From assembly GCF_006345805.1 (NCBI RefSeq), contig NC_043009.1, forward strand, positions 496,001 through 560,000: a DNA stretch of 64,000 nucleotides, read 5' to 3'. This document shows positions 38,668 to 53,769 of the stretch, in pieces (position 1 is the first letter of the stretch; every line of letters begins with the position of its first letter). Source of the DNA: Octopus sinensis (lineage: Eukaryota). A model generated the notes under the pieces. It was given only the letters and a program-made list of their open reading frames with translations. It did no database searches and was not told where the DNA came from. A program made the position numbers and the translations under genes.

Positions 38668-39055
38668 CGGGAAGCTTTATGAAAATAGACAAAAGACGAA
38701 GGCAGGTGGGAAACAAACAAACAATTGTATTAGTATGGCGCTCAGGAAATATAAATAAAACAAGTCTTTAACGTTTCGAGCCTACGCTCTTCAACAGAAA
38801 GATACACAGAGAGAAAAAAAACACAGAAAGAAGGAGAGAAAAAAAATGCGTGCAGTAGCTAACGAATCAACATGGCGATCTGGATATACATATATACGAC
38901 GGGCTTCTTTCAGTTTCCGTCTACCAAATCCACTCACAAGGCTTTGGTCGGCCAGAGGCTATAGTAGAAGACACTTGCCCAAGGTGCCACGCAGTGGAAC
39001 TGAACCCCCAGCCATGTAGTTCGTAAGCAAGCTACTTACCACACAGCCACCCCTC
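38391..39055 (-). mobile_element. SINE family A split by a Penelope pLTR-type insert (about 38665-38885) within its internal (TA)n
   Basis: SINE 3' half at 38391-38640, 5' half at 38895-39055; the intervening sequence is the reverse complement of the 15295-15490 repeat. Confidence 0.8.
38765..38802 (-). ncRNA. Minimal hammerhead-like motif (core A6>U)
   Basis: UCUUU-CUGUUGA-A-GAGC GUAG GCUC-GAAA-CGU-U-AAAGA. Confidence 0.5.
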
Positions 39056-39114
39056 TGGGCAACATTAATTTTACCCTTTTCTCCATATATATGTATGTAT
39101 GTACGTATGTATGT

Positions 39115-39330
39115 GAAGGCGCGTGTCCCAGTGGTTTGGGTGTTGCACTCACTATCGATTGCCGAACCGAGCGGCTCGTTGTGTTCTTGAGCAACCACAG
39201 TTCATCTCACGCTACCCTGCGATCATTTCGACATCTGACGTATGGCTTACTTGTGCACTTGCACATGTAATGTCGATTTGATGGAGAGAGTGAGCTAATG
39301 TACAGTACAAGCATGTGATCATTATAAACA
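39115..39330 (+). mobile_element. tRNA-type SINE family D copy (diverged)
   Basis: GAAGGCGCGTGTCCCAGTGGTTTGGGTGTTGCACTC head, then GTGTTCTTGAGCAA. Confidence 0.5.
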
Positions 39331-39334
39331 AGCC

Positions 39335-39496
39335 GCAGGAGTAGCTGTGTGGTAAGTAGCTTGCTTACCAACCACATGTTTCCGAGTTCAGTCCCACTGC
39401 ATGGCACCTTGGGCAAGTGTCTTCTGCTATAGCCTCTTGCCGATCAAAGCCTTGTGAGTGGATTTGGTTGACGGAAACTGAAAGAAGCCCGTCGTA

Positions 39497-39575
<79 letters not shown>

Positions 39576-39805
39576 TATGTGTGTGTGTGTGTGTCTGTGT
39601 TTGTGTCTGTATTTGCCCCCCCCCCCAACATCGCTTGACAACCGATCGATGTGTGTTTACGTCACCATAACTTAGCAGTTAAGCAAAAGAGACCGATAGA
39701 ATAAGTACTAGGCTTCCAAAGAATTAGTCCTGGGGTCGATTTGCTCGACTAAAGGCGGTGCTCCAGCATGGCCTCAGTCAAATGACTGAAACAAGTAAAA
39801 GAGAG
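39335..39805 (+). mobile_element. SINE family A copy
   Basis: Full head, internal TA/TG tract and AAGAG tail. Confidence 0.88.
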
Positions 39806-40329
39806 ATAAAAGAAAAGAGAAACGATTTGTGTGAGTCGTTCAGCTTTTGCTGAACACTTATAGGTTGTCTTCGACGGGAGAATCCATCAAGTATGTATGT
39901 ATGTATGTATGCATGTATGTATGTATGTATGTATGTATGTATGTATGTATGCGTGTGTATATGTATGTATATGTTCATTTCCATGTTTGCTTAAGCGACA
40001 TAAGTAAGTCATCCTAACATTATAAGTCATTATGCGCGAAATACTAAATAACGAGAAACTTATCTATAATATTTTTGTTAACGTCTTTACTGACAGAATA
40101 GCTTAATGTAAATACTACTAACTCCTTACAAATTCCAATTCATGACACACACAAGCACGCATAAGCAAAAACACACATACATATGTGTGTTTCTATGAAT
40201 GTATGTACCTTTGTATATATATATATATCAGTATGTATGCATGTTTGTATATATAAGGACATGTAACAGAAGATGAATATAATAATGAAAATCCAAGTCT
40301 GAGTGGAGCCTCAAGTTACACCTTATGGT

Positions 40330-40560
40330 TTATCATCAAAACGTTTAAGTAGATACCTGTGCAAATGATGTCATGAAGAGACTAGTTCTGATCGCTTGTG
40401 TGAAACTTTGGTTGGATGTTTCAAAACTAACAGGATTTTTTCTGAAGTACACAGGCTGCAATAAACATTTGGTTGCAAATATGCTGGTGTTCTATCTAAA
40501 ATTCGCCATTTTATGAGGCTATGTGTATGTATTTCTCTCTTTCAAGAACTATATATGCGC
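40330..40560 (-). mobile_element. Penelope GIY-YIG C-terminal fragment
   Basis: IKWRILDRTPAYLQPNVYCSLCTSEKILL...HKRSELVSS.HHLHRYLLK. Confidence 0.65.
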
Positions 40561-40687
40561 TCCCAATTTTATATCCGTTCTACTTTGTAATATTCAGAAA
40601 GTATAGTTATACAGGAGAAGTTGGTCCTTTAATTGGTTTGCAGTCATCTCTATATATTCACTTTCATATGCATTAATCCAAACCTCT

Positions 40688-41122
40688 TTGTTTAAGGAGA
40701 TTATCTCCAAGCTCACTCGATCCATCTCAGTCTATACACTTACTATACCAGGCACCACAGCACTCACCAGTCAGCAAATCGATAGCTTCATCTCTGACAC
40801 TAATTTGTTCCATCCTGCCTTTACCATTTTTCAGATCTTTGTTAACTTCAAAGATTTCGCCGTAACTACCAACAGTTTCAACCTGTCCACTTTAATCTGC
40901 TACAACCCGACAGGTTTCAACTCTTATCTCAAATATTCATTGTCTCATTCCAGACGCACCAAATCTGCCATCTCATTTGCTAAGTTCCTCCGACTACACC
41001 GGCTATGTAGCATCGCTGCAGAATTCGAATCTAAGTTTGATAAAAGCGCAGTACCTCTTTTCAGATTGACAGTACCCACGATCAGTTGTAGATTCCGTAC
41101 CAACCAGACGAAGGTCAATTGA
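40688..41122 (+). mobile_element. Penelope RT thumb/linker fragment
   Basis: IDSFISDTNLFHPAFT...LSTLICYNPTGFNSYLKYSLSHSRRTKSAISFAKFLRLHRLCS. Confidence 0.8.
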
Positions 41123-41572
41123 AATGATATTACAAAACTCTACGAAAATATTGGGATTTCCAAAATATCTTAGAGGCCTAAACGTGTTCCATCAGGTATG
41201 CCTGTGAACAGCATTTAAGATCAGTTATGGTAATCGACAGATGAGGGGTCCGCACAAATTATTTGCTTATAGGTTTGTACTGTACATTTGCTCATTCTCA
41301 CCGTCAAATAAAAATTCTCACGAGGGTTAGATTGTACATGCCCAACAAACAACTTGCGAAATCATTCATATGTTTGTTACCATCACGCGGAAGAGAAAGA
41401 TAGGAAGATCTCTCTTTCTCCATTTCACATTTACATAAATAATCTTACCCTCCCACTTCCACTGCTCCTTTCTCTCTGACTACTTCCTTCCTATGCAACA
41501 TCCTACTAAGTAACAACTACCACATGCTTACGTATGCATTCTGTATATATAAACATATATACACATACATAA

Positions 41573-41612
<40 letters not shown>

Positions 41613-41685
41613 ATGTATATATATATATTATATATATATATATGTGTATGTATGTATGTATGTATGTATGTATGTATGTATGTGT

Positions 41686-41739
<54 letters not shown>

Positions 41740-41745
41740 ATATAT

Positions 41746-41789
41746 AGCTGTTTCAGGATATTTATTAATTATATCCCTTCATCGGAGAC
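41746..41789 (-). ncRNA. Truncated hammerhead-like motif of the 35662 family
   Basis: GUCU-CCGAUGA-AGGGAUAU...AUAUCCU-GAAA-CAGCU, cut off by (TA)n. Confidence 0.45.
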
Positions 41790-41943
41790 GGTGTGAGAGA
41801 GTGGTTAAGTAATAATTAATTTAGATAGGATACAAAATAGAGAGTGAGATGGAGGAAAGAAAATAGATGTGAGATATGTAATATGTATGTGTATGCATTT
41901 ATGCCTATATATGTATGTGTATATGTGTGTGTGTGTGTATTTA

Positions 41944-41989
<46 letters not shown>

Positions 41990-42079
41990 ATATGTATATA
42001 TATATGTATATATATATATATATTATATATATTATATATATATATATGTACAATACATATGTATATATGCATAAACGCC

Positions 42080-42975
42080 ATACACATACATACATATATA
42101 CATACCAATACATCCATACATACATACATACTACATACATACACATACATACATACATAGGTACGTACATACATACTACATACATACAACATACATACAC
42201 ATACATACATACATAGGTACGTACTTACCATACATACATACATACATACATACATACATCCTACATACATACTACATACTAATACATACATACATAGGTA
42301 CGTACATACATACATACATACATACATACATCCTACTACATACATACATACATACATACATAGGTACGTACACACATACATACATACATACATACATACA
42401 TACATACCATACATACATACGTACATAACATACATACATACATACATACATAATACATACATACACATACACTACATACATACACATACATACATACATA
42501 CATACATACATACATACATACATACATACATACATACATACATAGGTACATACATACATACATACATACATACATACATACACACATACATACATAATAC
42601 ATACTACATACATACATACATACATACATACCCCATACATACATACATACATACATACATGCTACATACATACATACATACTACATACATACATACATAC
42701 ATACATACATAACACATACATACCATACATACATACATACATACATACATACACACATACATACATACATTACATACATACACATACATACATACATACA
42801 TACATAACATACATACATGCATACATACATGCATACTACATACATACATACATACTACACGTCATACATACCACATACATACATACACATACCTACATCA
42901 TGCACATCATACATACATACATACATACATACATACATACATACATACATACATACATACATAACATACATACAT
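42080..42975. repeat. About 0.9-kb (CATA)n microsatellite array
   Basis: Direct reading. Confidence 0.95.
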
Positions 42976-43515
42976 GTTAATAACGATCCATTCAGAAATG
43001 TACGCACTTTGGTGCAATAAATTACGCTATGCATATAAGCATTGAGACTTGCATGTAATGTACATACAATATTTCTGAAAGACTCGTTAAAATATTAAAA
43101 TATATAATAAAGCAAGAAATGGTACTTGCTTTGCAATTTACTGCAGTTTTTATCAACCAAATGATCAGAATTTCAGCAAGGATCTCCATTTATTGTGACC
43201 AGCATACATAACGTCTGTTTCTAGACTCGTGTGGAATGTAAGCGTTAGCAAAGATACAGCCACAGGCATGCAAGTCACGTTCACACATACAAACAAACAC
43301 AAACATACAGACACACATACACACACAGCACACGTGCGCATACACGCGCACGCGCGCACACAGACACGCGCACACACATATATATATGTATATATATACA
43401 CATTTACATATACATCTATGTATATATATATATTCATCTGTCAGTATACTATATAATATTAATAGAAAAATCTTTTTGATATATATAGACATCATCTTTG
43501 TATATATATATCTAT

Positions 43516-43564
<49 letters not shown>

Positions 43565-44639
43565 CAGTATATATATATTCATGCATATATGTGTTTACAT
43601 ATGTATGTATGTATGTGTATATGTATATAAATACAAATATACACTCACACCACTCACACACACACACACACTGGTCTTGTGATTCGAATACAAAAAAAAA
43701 ATGACAGAAAGAAAAATGAAAGAAAGAGGCTTGAAATCCGAAATAACTCTCTCCTCTGTGAATCAACACCAAAGTTGCTTCTCTTTCGCTGTCTCATACG
43801 AACTTTAGGTCGAATTTCCTTGCTGAATTTTCAACGTGACTTTTATCAAATTACCAACAGGCTGTTCCTACACTGCTGCTGCTGCTGTTGTTCCTACCGT
43901 TGCTGCTGATGCTGCTGATGCTGCTTCTACGTTCGACTTTTCCCAAGTAAAAATATCCCGATTTACACGAACTTCATTGTGTATTGATTTCTATCATAGC
44001 AGGAAAACATCACATTTTGATGGTGAGGTGGAGGAAGGATAGTGTAGAGGATACGGTCTTTGTCTTATAGTCTTCTGTTTTAACTTCCTTCACATCTAAA
44101 TTAGATTGCATTTTCTTTTTCTTTAGCCCTAAGACTCATAAGGCCGATTACCCGATTTCAATGGCGCTCAGATGAACGAAATTACAACATCCCCCTTGAA
44201 CTGGACGCCGATCCATTTCAAGGTTCAAGACGAGAAATTTTGAAGGGAGAAGACAAGTTAATTACATCGACCCCAGTACTTAACTGATACCTTATTTATC
44301 GACTCCGAAAGATGAAAGACAAAGTTAACTTCGAAAATGGTACCTCGGCGAGATTTTGAACTCAGAACATAAAGAACAAGAAGATATGCCACTAAGAGTT
44401 TCAACCGTCTTTTTAGCAAGTTGTATTGTCAGTATATTGGACCATTTGCATGTCGGATCGTTAGCACGTCGGACAAAATTCTTAGAATGCATTAGAGGAA
44501 TATAAATCAATTTCATTACTTTTCTTTAACGACACTGGAAACGTAATGGACCAGAACTAAATATCACAAAGCATTTTGTCTGAAGATCTACTGATCCTGC
44601 CACATCTACTCCAATATATTATTATTATTTTTTTATTTA

Positions 44640-44915
44640 TGCGCCCTTTTCAAGCCTATCCAGGCTCATGGGCCCGGTTTCCCGGTTTCTGTGGCGTATG
44701 TGTTTCCCCCAGTTGGACAGGACGTCAGTCCATCGCAGCGTTACTCAAAAAATCTGAAGAGAGAGTGAGAGAAATTTGGGGCGAAAGAGTACAACAGGGG
44801 TCACCACCACCCCACTGCCGGAGCCTTGTGGAGCTTTAGGTGTTTTCGCTCAATAAACACACACAACGCTCCGACTGCGAATCCGCTGCCCTAACCACTG
44901 GACCATTGCGCCTCC
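44640..44915 (-). mobile_element. SINE family C copy
   Basis: Matches 17455-17760. Confidence 0.8.
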
Positions 44916-45489
44916 CTACTCCAATATATATTGGTTTAAAATTTGGCACAAAGCCAGCATGTCCGGAGGAGGGGGTAAATCGATTACATCGACCCCAGTG
45001 ATCTACTGCTACTTATTTTATCGGCCCCGAAAAATGAAAGGTTAAGTCGACCTCGGCGGAATTTGCTCTACGTGCTAACGCGTCTGCCAGCTCACCGCCT
45101 TAAATTACTCCAATATATTTTACGATACAAACAAGATGATATTTCTTCGAACGCAGTATTGCCGTTAGGACAATACACATTTCGACACTTCTAATAAAAA
45201 CAAATATAAGTTTTTTTTTTATATTTACACGCACGTGCTTACTCCAATCTATATATTCTTCTTTTTCTCACTGAACTCATTCAATGGATTGTAATTCTGC
45301 TGAGGCAGTGGTTTCCATATTTGTTTTGGATTTTAATCACGCATTAAATGAAGCTTATGTACAATCTTGCTAAGTAGCTTTACCCCAAGGCAGCCAATGT
45401 TTCTATTAGCTTTTCAATCAATTGCTTGTGCCATCTGTCAATTGCAGCCCCTGGTAGAAGTGTCTCCGGGATTTTTTTCTATTTTCATT

Positions 45490-45690
45490 TATTTTTTTAT
45501 TTTCATTTCTTTCGGTTACTGGACTGCTGCCATGCCGGGGCACTGCCTTCGACGGTTTAATCGGACAAATCGATTCCAGTACTTATTTTAGCCTAGTACT
45601 TTATTGTATCGATCCTTTTGTCGAACTGTTAAGTCATGGGGACATAAAGAAATCAAACACTGGTTGCGGGGTTGGACAATTACAGACAAC

Positions 45691-45759
<69 letters not shown>

Positions 45760-45905
45760 CTTTTAGTTTTCGCCTATCAAATCCACTTCCAAGGAATTGG
45801 CCGCCCCGCAGCAACAGTAGAAGACATTCGACCAAAGTGCCACGTATTGGGACTGAACCTGGAACCATGTGGTTGTGAATTAAACTCTTACCACACAGCC
45901 ACGCC
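45490..45905 (-). mobile_element. SINE family A copy (diverged)
   Basis: Same layout with an internal (CA)n. Confidence 0.75.
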
Positions 45906-46929
45906 TTCAATATTCTTTTATTATTATTATTATTTGAGGTGGTAGAGATAGGAGGTAGGATTTGAAATCAGAAAATACAAAACCGGAATAGATAGTGTGC
46001 GGCACCCCCGTCCGCCACCTTATTAAATCTGCTATCCTGGATTTGTACTTTCGACCTCGAAAAGATAAATGACAAAGTTGATCTTAATGAGATTTGAACT
46101 CAGATGGCAAGGAGTTGGAACGAATACTGCCAAGCACTCTTTCTGGCGCGCTAATGACTTCTTCTTCCCTGAAAACAGACATGTTTTTTTTTGTTTAGTT
46201 TAGTTTTTTTTTATGTGACTCTTAGATAAAGACAAAGGTAGAATGTCATGGTTTGAATGCCTTTGATTTTATGTCCGCACGATTAGGGCTGACTTGATAA
46301 TAAACAACAACAACAACAACAATTACATCAGCATCCATAGCAACCACAACAGCAGCAGCAACATCGCTTCAGTCGTTACTGTGGAGATAGAAGATACAAG
46401 CAAACGCTTATCGTTTTGGGTCAGCTTTTGAATTTTTTTTCTTTTTTACATTTACCTGTAGCCCATATAACTGGCTTATATAACTGGCGCTCCGTCGGCT
46501 ATGACGAGGGTTCCAGTTGACCCGATCAACAGAACAGCCTGTTCGTGAAATTAACGTGCAAGTGGCTGAGCACTCCACAGACACGTGTACCCTTAACGTA
46601 GTTGTCAGCGTGTGAGCGGTACAAAATATGACAAGGCTTGTTATTTTGAAGTACAAGTACTGCTCAGTGGCCAACCTGTTAGCCACGGCACACCACACTT
46701 GCTATTGGCCCCTGGGTGACATGATGGTGACAATATGATGCAGGATAAAAGACAGTTCGGAGCCCAGATCGTTAACATCTGAGGCCTGTTGGTGCTGAAA
46801 CGTTTCCATAAGTGAGATGTTGCTCAGTTCATCAAGTTTAGCTACAATGTAGATCGTTGTACGAGGAGGCAATACAGATGCCTCTAAGTGGTCGATCGGC
46901 CTTCTGTGTTTAGTCATGTGGTGATGGGT

Positions 46930-47830
46930 GTTATTGTTCTATTCGTGTTTTCTGTTGAAGATCGGTCTGTCTACTACTATGTATGTAGCCTCTGTGATCT
47001 GTGTCAGTTCTATTCGTCGATAATACTTTAACCTCAGTGCTATTAATTGAGCCTCCACGTTCTGCTTGAGCATTGGTAGAGCACTGACGAGACTTTCCCT
47101 TCTTTGAGCTCTCGCCAATGACCACCTATACGCTCTCCTATGCTGCGTGCAGTCTCGCCAATGTAGGTAGTTGTCATATTTCTGCACCGTCCCTCAGTAC
47201 ATCATAAGTTATACACTATATTACTAACCTTACAGTTAACCCGTCGATTCATTCTACATACAACACAATTGTTCTCTGTACATGGGAACTTATGAAAGGG
47301 ATAGATTCTACAGATCAGAGATTTTATAGGGGAACCAGGCCTTTCTACTACTTTAATCCGTAGATTAGCCTTACTTAATGTTTTTCTAAAAAGGTATGCT
47401 AATTCGCCGCCAGGCGTAGCATTGACGAACATGACGCTCTTGTATTTTTTGTTGTCATACCAAAAGTTGGCCTTATCTATTTCAATTCTGGTCCTTTCTG
47501 TCCTGTTCCAGGATTTGCTCCTCTACAGAGAACATACCCTCTTAGCATCACTCTCTATGGTGGCTTTGTACTTAGTCCTGGCTCTTTTGTACACACTAAT
47601 CCTGTCCCTTTGATTGTAGCCAGAGAACTGCAGGCGGTGGATGAAATGTTATATATGTCTTTTCAATTCCAAAGGGTTACACACGTGATACATATTCCTC
47701 ATCATCCTCACCACGTCAGCTATAAGCATGTTGAACTTGGCCTTTCCTGCAATACCTGCGTTCTTGTGAACAAGATACTCACAGGCTATGGGTTTGGCAT
47801 AATGAAAGTAAAGTACCTGGACCTTACAGT
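46930..47830 (-). mobile_element. Penelope-like element: RT thumb, linker and GIY-YIG endonuclease, disrupted
   Basis: YAKPIACEYLVHKNAG...LIADVVRMMRN...FVNATPGGELA...IKVVERPGSPIKSLI...PCTENNCVVC...NCKVSNIVYNL...TYIGETARSIGER. Confidence 0.88.
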
Positions 47831-48494
47831 TCTTCGTTTCTAGCCACATACAGAAAGACATTTAATATAGTGAATCTCGAAGCAGATAAAGCTATAAATA
47901 ATAGCGTGTAAATATTGGGTTAAAAATCCCTCTGAAAAAAAAAAAGAGTCGAAGAGTGCCGTGTGACACGAACCCACACCACTTGTATGTATGTATGTAT
48001 GTATGTATGTATGTATGTATGTATGTATGTATGTATGCATGTATGTATGTATGTATGCATGTATGTATGTATGTATGTATGTATGTATGTATGTATGTAT
48101 GTATGTATGTATGTATGTATGTATGTATGTGTGCATGTATATGCGTGCGTGCGTGAGCGTGTATGTTTGTATACATGTATATATGCACACACATGTATAT
48201 ACACATATATAATTTACACATATGTATATATACATAGTTCACGCATGTATACATACATATATAATTATAAGGAAATAATAATTATTATTATTACCATCGC
48301 CATCATCACCACCACCACACCTTTCTGCCCCTCCCCCTGTCACAGCCTGACAATTGCTGTAGCCTGAAACACGAGTAGGGAGAAAGAAATATGTGTTTGT
48401 GTATATGCGAGCGAGTATCTATGCTGATTATTTGTGTGTACATGTAAATACACACACGCACACACACACATATATACGTATATATACACATATA

Positions 48495-48560
<66 letters not shown>

Positions 48561-48992
48561 TTACATCTATTCGTACAACACATACATATATATGTTTGTT
48601 TGTGTGCGTACACATACACAAAAACATACCTACACACACACCACACACACACACACACACACATAGAAAACGGCGGGAAGTGAGTGTATGGATACACGTA
48701 CGTATGCGTTTTTCTCCCTAAACATACCAAGAATGTTGCACACTCTATACGTGTGCTTTATTATGGAACCCAGTTATTTTAAGTGAAATTTAGGGTAGAC
48801 GGAAATCGCGGCTGCCCGTGGGAGGTGTCTGTATGTAATTCAAAAGGGAGCCAACCTTTTTCCATACCCTTTGTGGGGCTCATCCTGTCTGGGGATTACA
48901 ATATCAAAAGAAGTGTCTATTTGGAATACATGCAGATCTTGTAATGCAGTAACAGGAAATAATATTGACGAAACTGTCCTAAGTGCATTAAA

Positions 48993-49030
<38 letters not shown>

Positions 49031-49034
49031 ATTA

Positions 49035-49069
<35 letters not shown>

Positions 49070-49124
49070 TATTATTATTATTATATTATTATTATTATTA
49101 TATTATTATTAATATTGAGTGAGA

Positions 49125-49615
49125 GAGCAGTTCATGCCATCAAAGTGACACTGGGGTAAAATATACGAAGCCCAGTATACCCATCATGACTACCCCTCTG
49201 ATAAGGGCACACCAGGCACATGCATCACAACCATATGTGCGCGACATGGTGATCTCATATGAAGATAAACAGCACATGACCTTGCAGGTGGCGCCAGTTA
49301 GAATTTTCTTCAGGTTGAGTAGCCCATCCCGCTCAAAAGGTCCTGAATAAGGGTTGTTTAAGGATGTTGAAAGAACCACCCATGTTTCCAGAGGTAAATT
49401 ATTCAAACCCCAAAGAATCCCTCTCAACACATGGCTATGATGCTCCCCCACTATTTCTGCTCGTGATCAGAGATGCACATATCGTCAGCCACTAAGGGAC
49501 ATGCTCAACTGGTTACGGTCAAACAACTGACAAGCAAATCTGTGGTATTGAGCAGAATATTTGCTGTAGCCCATCTTTTATACCAAGACAAAACAATGTA
49601 CATGATAACACTTCC
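49125..49615 (-). mobile_element. About 490-bp non-coding element embedded in (ATT)n, copy 1
   Basis: Close copy at 54939-55415; both have (ATT)n on either side; strand inferred from the (AAT)n tail after CTCTCACTCA. Confidence 0.75.
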
Positions 49616-49637
49616 ATTATTATTATTATTATTATTA

Positions 49638-49688
<51 letters not shown>

Positions 49689-49988
49689 CATTATTATTAT
49701 TATTATTATTGTTATTATTATGTACGTATGTATGTATAATTCCAATTTACAGAAACAAATGACGAAGACAGGTGAGGGGACAACATCCAGGTGTATATAA
49801 ACAAACGTATACATATATGTACATATATATGAGTGCACTACGTATACATGTGCATGTACGTATGCATGTATGCATGCATGCATGTAAGTATGTGTGTATA
49901 TATGTGTATATACGTAATGTAAATATACATATACATGTGTATGTGGGTACATGTAAATATACATTTACATATATATATAAATATATGT

Positions 49989-50022
<34 letters not shown>

Positions 50023-50606
50023 ATACATATATATACATACATACATACATACATTATTGCTTCTCCCTTCTGTTTTCGTCCCCTCCATCCTCTCTCTCCC
50101 CTCCCTCTCTCTCTCACTTTTCCAGAATAACAAATGACAAAATTAAAATAATATATACATATATAGGTACATCATAATTTTTAGAAATACTACTCCATAT
50201 GTTACTTAGGAACACGGTCAGTAATTTTTAAAGAAATTGGTAAATTGGTACCATCGACCCAAATACACGACAGGTGTTATATTTTGTCGATCCTGGAGGG
50301 AGGACATGCAGAGCTGATTTCAGGTGGAATTTGAACTCAGAACGTAAAAAGTCGTAAGAAACAGCGCAAAGCTTTTCCGTTCCACGTTCAAAAGGTTCCG
50401 CTGGCTCGCCGCCTACAATACCACGGCTATTAATTAACAGTAATAGTAATAACAATGGTTTCTTATTTAGGCACAAGGCCAATGAGTTTTAAGGAAGGGA
50501 GATTACTGGATACCCTCCACCCATACCTGATTGGCATGTTTATGTGTGTGTATATGTATGTGTGTATACATATGCGTGTATGTTTGTGTGTGCATGCATG
50601 TATGAT

Positions 50607-50652
<46 letters not shown>

Positions 50653-50713
50653 TATATGTAACACATATATATATACATATACATTCATATATATATATAC
50701 TTACATTCATGTA

Positions 50714-50771
<58 letters not shown>

Positions 50772-51321
50772 TATATGTATATATGTATGCATGCATGCGT
50801 TGTAAGTATGTATATGTATCTATATATATGTATGTATATGTATGTGTGTACATGTATGATGTAGTTGCTGGCCTTGTGCAAAAGTGTGAAACCATTATTA
50901 TTATCATTATTATTATTTATTATTATCATTACTATTATTACTATTATTGTTAAGTGCAATAATTAAAAATATTCAACTTACAGTGAAGAACATGTGCATG
51001 TGTATATATGTGTGTGCATGCATACATGTGTGCACGTATAGATATATGTAAATATATGCATGTATATATGTGTGTATGAATACATTCATATATATATATA
51101 TGTATGTATGTGGATATACAGGTGTGTGTATGTGTGCGTGTATATATATACACAAACACACATATATACATATGTGTATGGATGGATGGATGTAGGTATG
51201 TAGGTATGGATGTATGGATGGATGTATATATATACATGTATGTATGTGCATGTGTGTACATATATTATTATTATCATCATCATCATCATTATTATTATCA
51301 TCATTATTATTATTCTTATAC

Positions 51322-51369
<48 letters not shown>

Positions 51370-51544
51370 TATTATTATTATTATCATTATTATTATTATC
51401 ATCATCATCATCATCATTAAGAATAATTAGTAGAAAACTTCAACTTACCGAGTAGAATGCACAATCCGAATAATATAGCCTTCATTGTTTGATTTTTAAA
51501 TTGAAAAGCCTGTGAGATGAATTTATGTGTGTGTGTATGTGTGA

Positions 51545-51582
<38 letters not shown>

Positions 51583-51673
51583 TATTATTATTATTTTTAT
51601 TATTATTATTGGTAGAACGTCTGGCACAACGGCTGCTAGAGAAAAAAACTCCTTAGACCTAACCTGCTACTTC

Positions 51674-51711
51674 TATTTATAGTCTTCGCTCTATGCAGCC
51701 ATTCAACCAAT
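51674..51711 (-). promoter_or_regulatory. Possible TATA plus CCAAT core promoter
   Basis: Minus-strand TATAAATA (51674-51681) with a CCAAT box (51707-51711) upstream, in non-repetitive sequence; motifs are short. Confidence 0.2.
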
Positions 51712-52059
51712 CAGGAATCGCTGTTTATTGATTTGAAGTTAAGAGTCTTTTCTTAGACTACATATGTTTTTATTTATACGTAGCCAAAGTTCAATAACAA
51801 AGGTGGTCTTTTTATTTTTGTTTTTTTTTTCTTCAAGCAAATGCAATTAAAATTTATCTTCCATAGAACCAAAATGTATTCATTATATTTTTAAATGTCG
51901 CGAACGAAAAAGACTGGTAAGATTTTAAGGAATGAATGAATGAATGTCATTTTTGTTTTTCTTTTTTCTTTTTTCAACTTACGTATGTTTAAAATAATGC
52001 AAACAATTCCATTCTCGTAATGGACGTACTATAATCTTTTCTCTTTTCCCTTTTATCTT

Positions 52060-52545
<486 letters not shown>

Positions 52546-52564
52546 GCGGCGGTAATAATATAAG

Positions 52565-52820
52565 CACTAGCGTGGCTAGCTGATGGGGGAGGGCATCCGC
52601 TCCGGGCGGCACCGCTTTTGGGTCTGCTGTAGGCTATAAGCCTGTATAGGCTGGATTGAAATCAAATAATAGTGGTTTTAGTGTCGGGACAAGGACATTA
52701 CTCACTGTTAAATGCAACAATCAGTATAGTCACTGTGCAATATGTATTTTGGTGGGGACCTAGTGGGAGGAGGCAAACTGGAGGTCCGCGTCGCTGTAAC
52801 ACACTTTAGCTACACCACTG
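52565..52820. mobile_element. hAT-like MITE
   Basis: Degenerate TIR CACTAGCGTGGCTAG versus reverse complement CAGTGGTGTAGCTAA; imperfect 8-bp flanks AATATAAG / AATATGAA. Confidence 0.4.
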
Positions 52821-53769
52821 AATATGAAGTATATACTACGTTCGACTATAGGCACAAGGTTTGAAATTTGCGGGATGAGCGACCTGTCGACTTCGGTGGA
52901 ATTTGAACTCAGATTGTAAAGACGGATGAAATGTCGCTGAGCAATTTGCCCAACGTGTTAACATTTCTGGCAGATTGCCACCTTGAATAGGGAGTATATT
53001 CAAGTAAATAGTTTTAAAGTGAAACTCTTGTAAGAATAATTCCACGCGTGCCGTGCGATGAGGATTTCGAGTTAGACTTAGGTCTCCAGGATTTTCGGAG
53101 TCAAGGGTGACATTGGTTCCTGGAATATGTGTCTTGGAGAGAGAGAAAAAAAAAAAAGGAACGGAAAAAACTTCTCATTGGCTTTCCATTGCCAATGCTT
53201 TTTCCAAACGAAATAAAATTTCACTTTTAATTTTTTCCTTTTTGCTAAAATAAATGGCATTTCCTTTTCTTTTTCTAATGTTATGATTTGTTTTGGTTCG
53301 TTTTGTTTTCATATCTGCTCAAAACAATGATAATAAAAATAATAACATTTATAATTAAAAGACGCGCACTCGCATGCGCACACAGCCTCGCACACGCGCG
53401 CAAACAAGCATCCCATTTCTGTATGCATATGGGTGTGTTTGTGTGTGTGTGTATGTGTGTATGTGTGTATGCGCGCGCGTGTGTGTATGTATGTGTGTGT
53501 ATGTAAGTGTGTGTGCGCGCATACATATATACATAAAAACATATGTACACTACTATATGCATTTGCGTATGTGCATATGTTTAGAGAGAGAGAGAACAAC
53601 TTTATGTGTGTGTGTATGTGTGTGGAGGGGGTGCGAACGCGCTCACACACGCACATTGTGCCAGTGTGAGAACATCTCAAGTTCTTCGTTCAAATTCTAC
53701 TAAGATCTACCTCTGCTTTAATCCATCCGATATCGATAAAATAAACTACAAGACGATATAATCGTCACT

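Noticed and set aside
53040-53145. Strong polypyrimidine acceptor on the minus strand followed by an open frame (THIPGTNVTLDSENPG...)
   Set aside because: No convincing donor before the frame runs into a SINE, and no recognisable homology.
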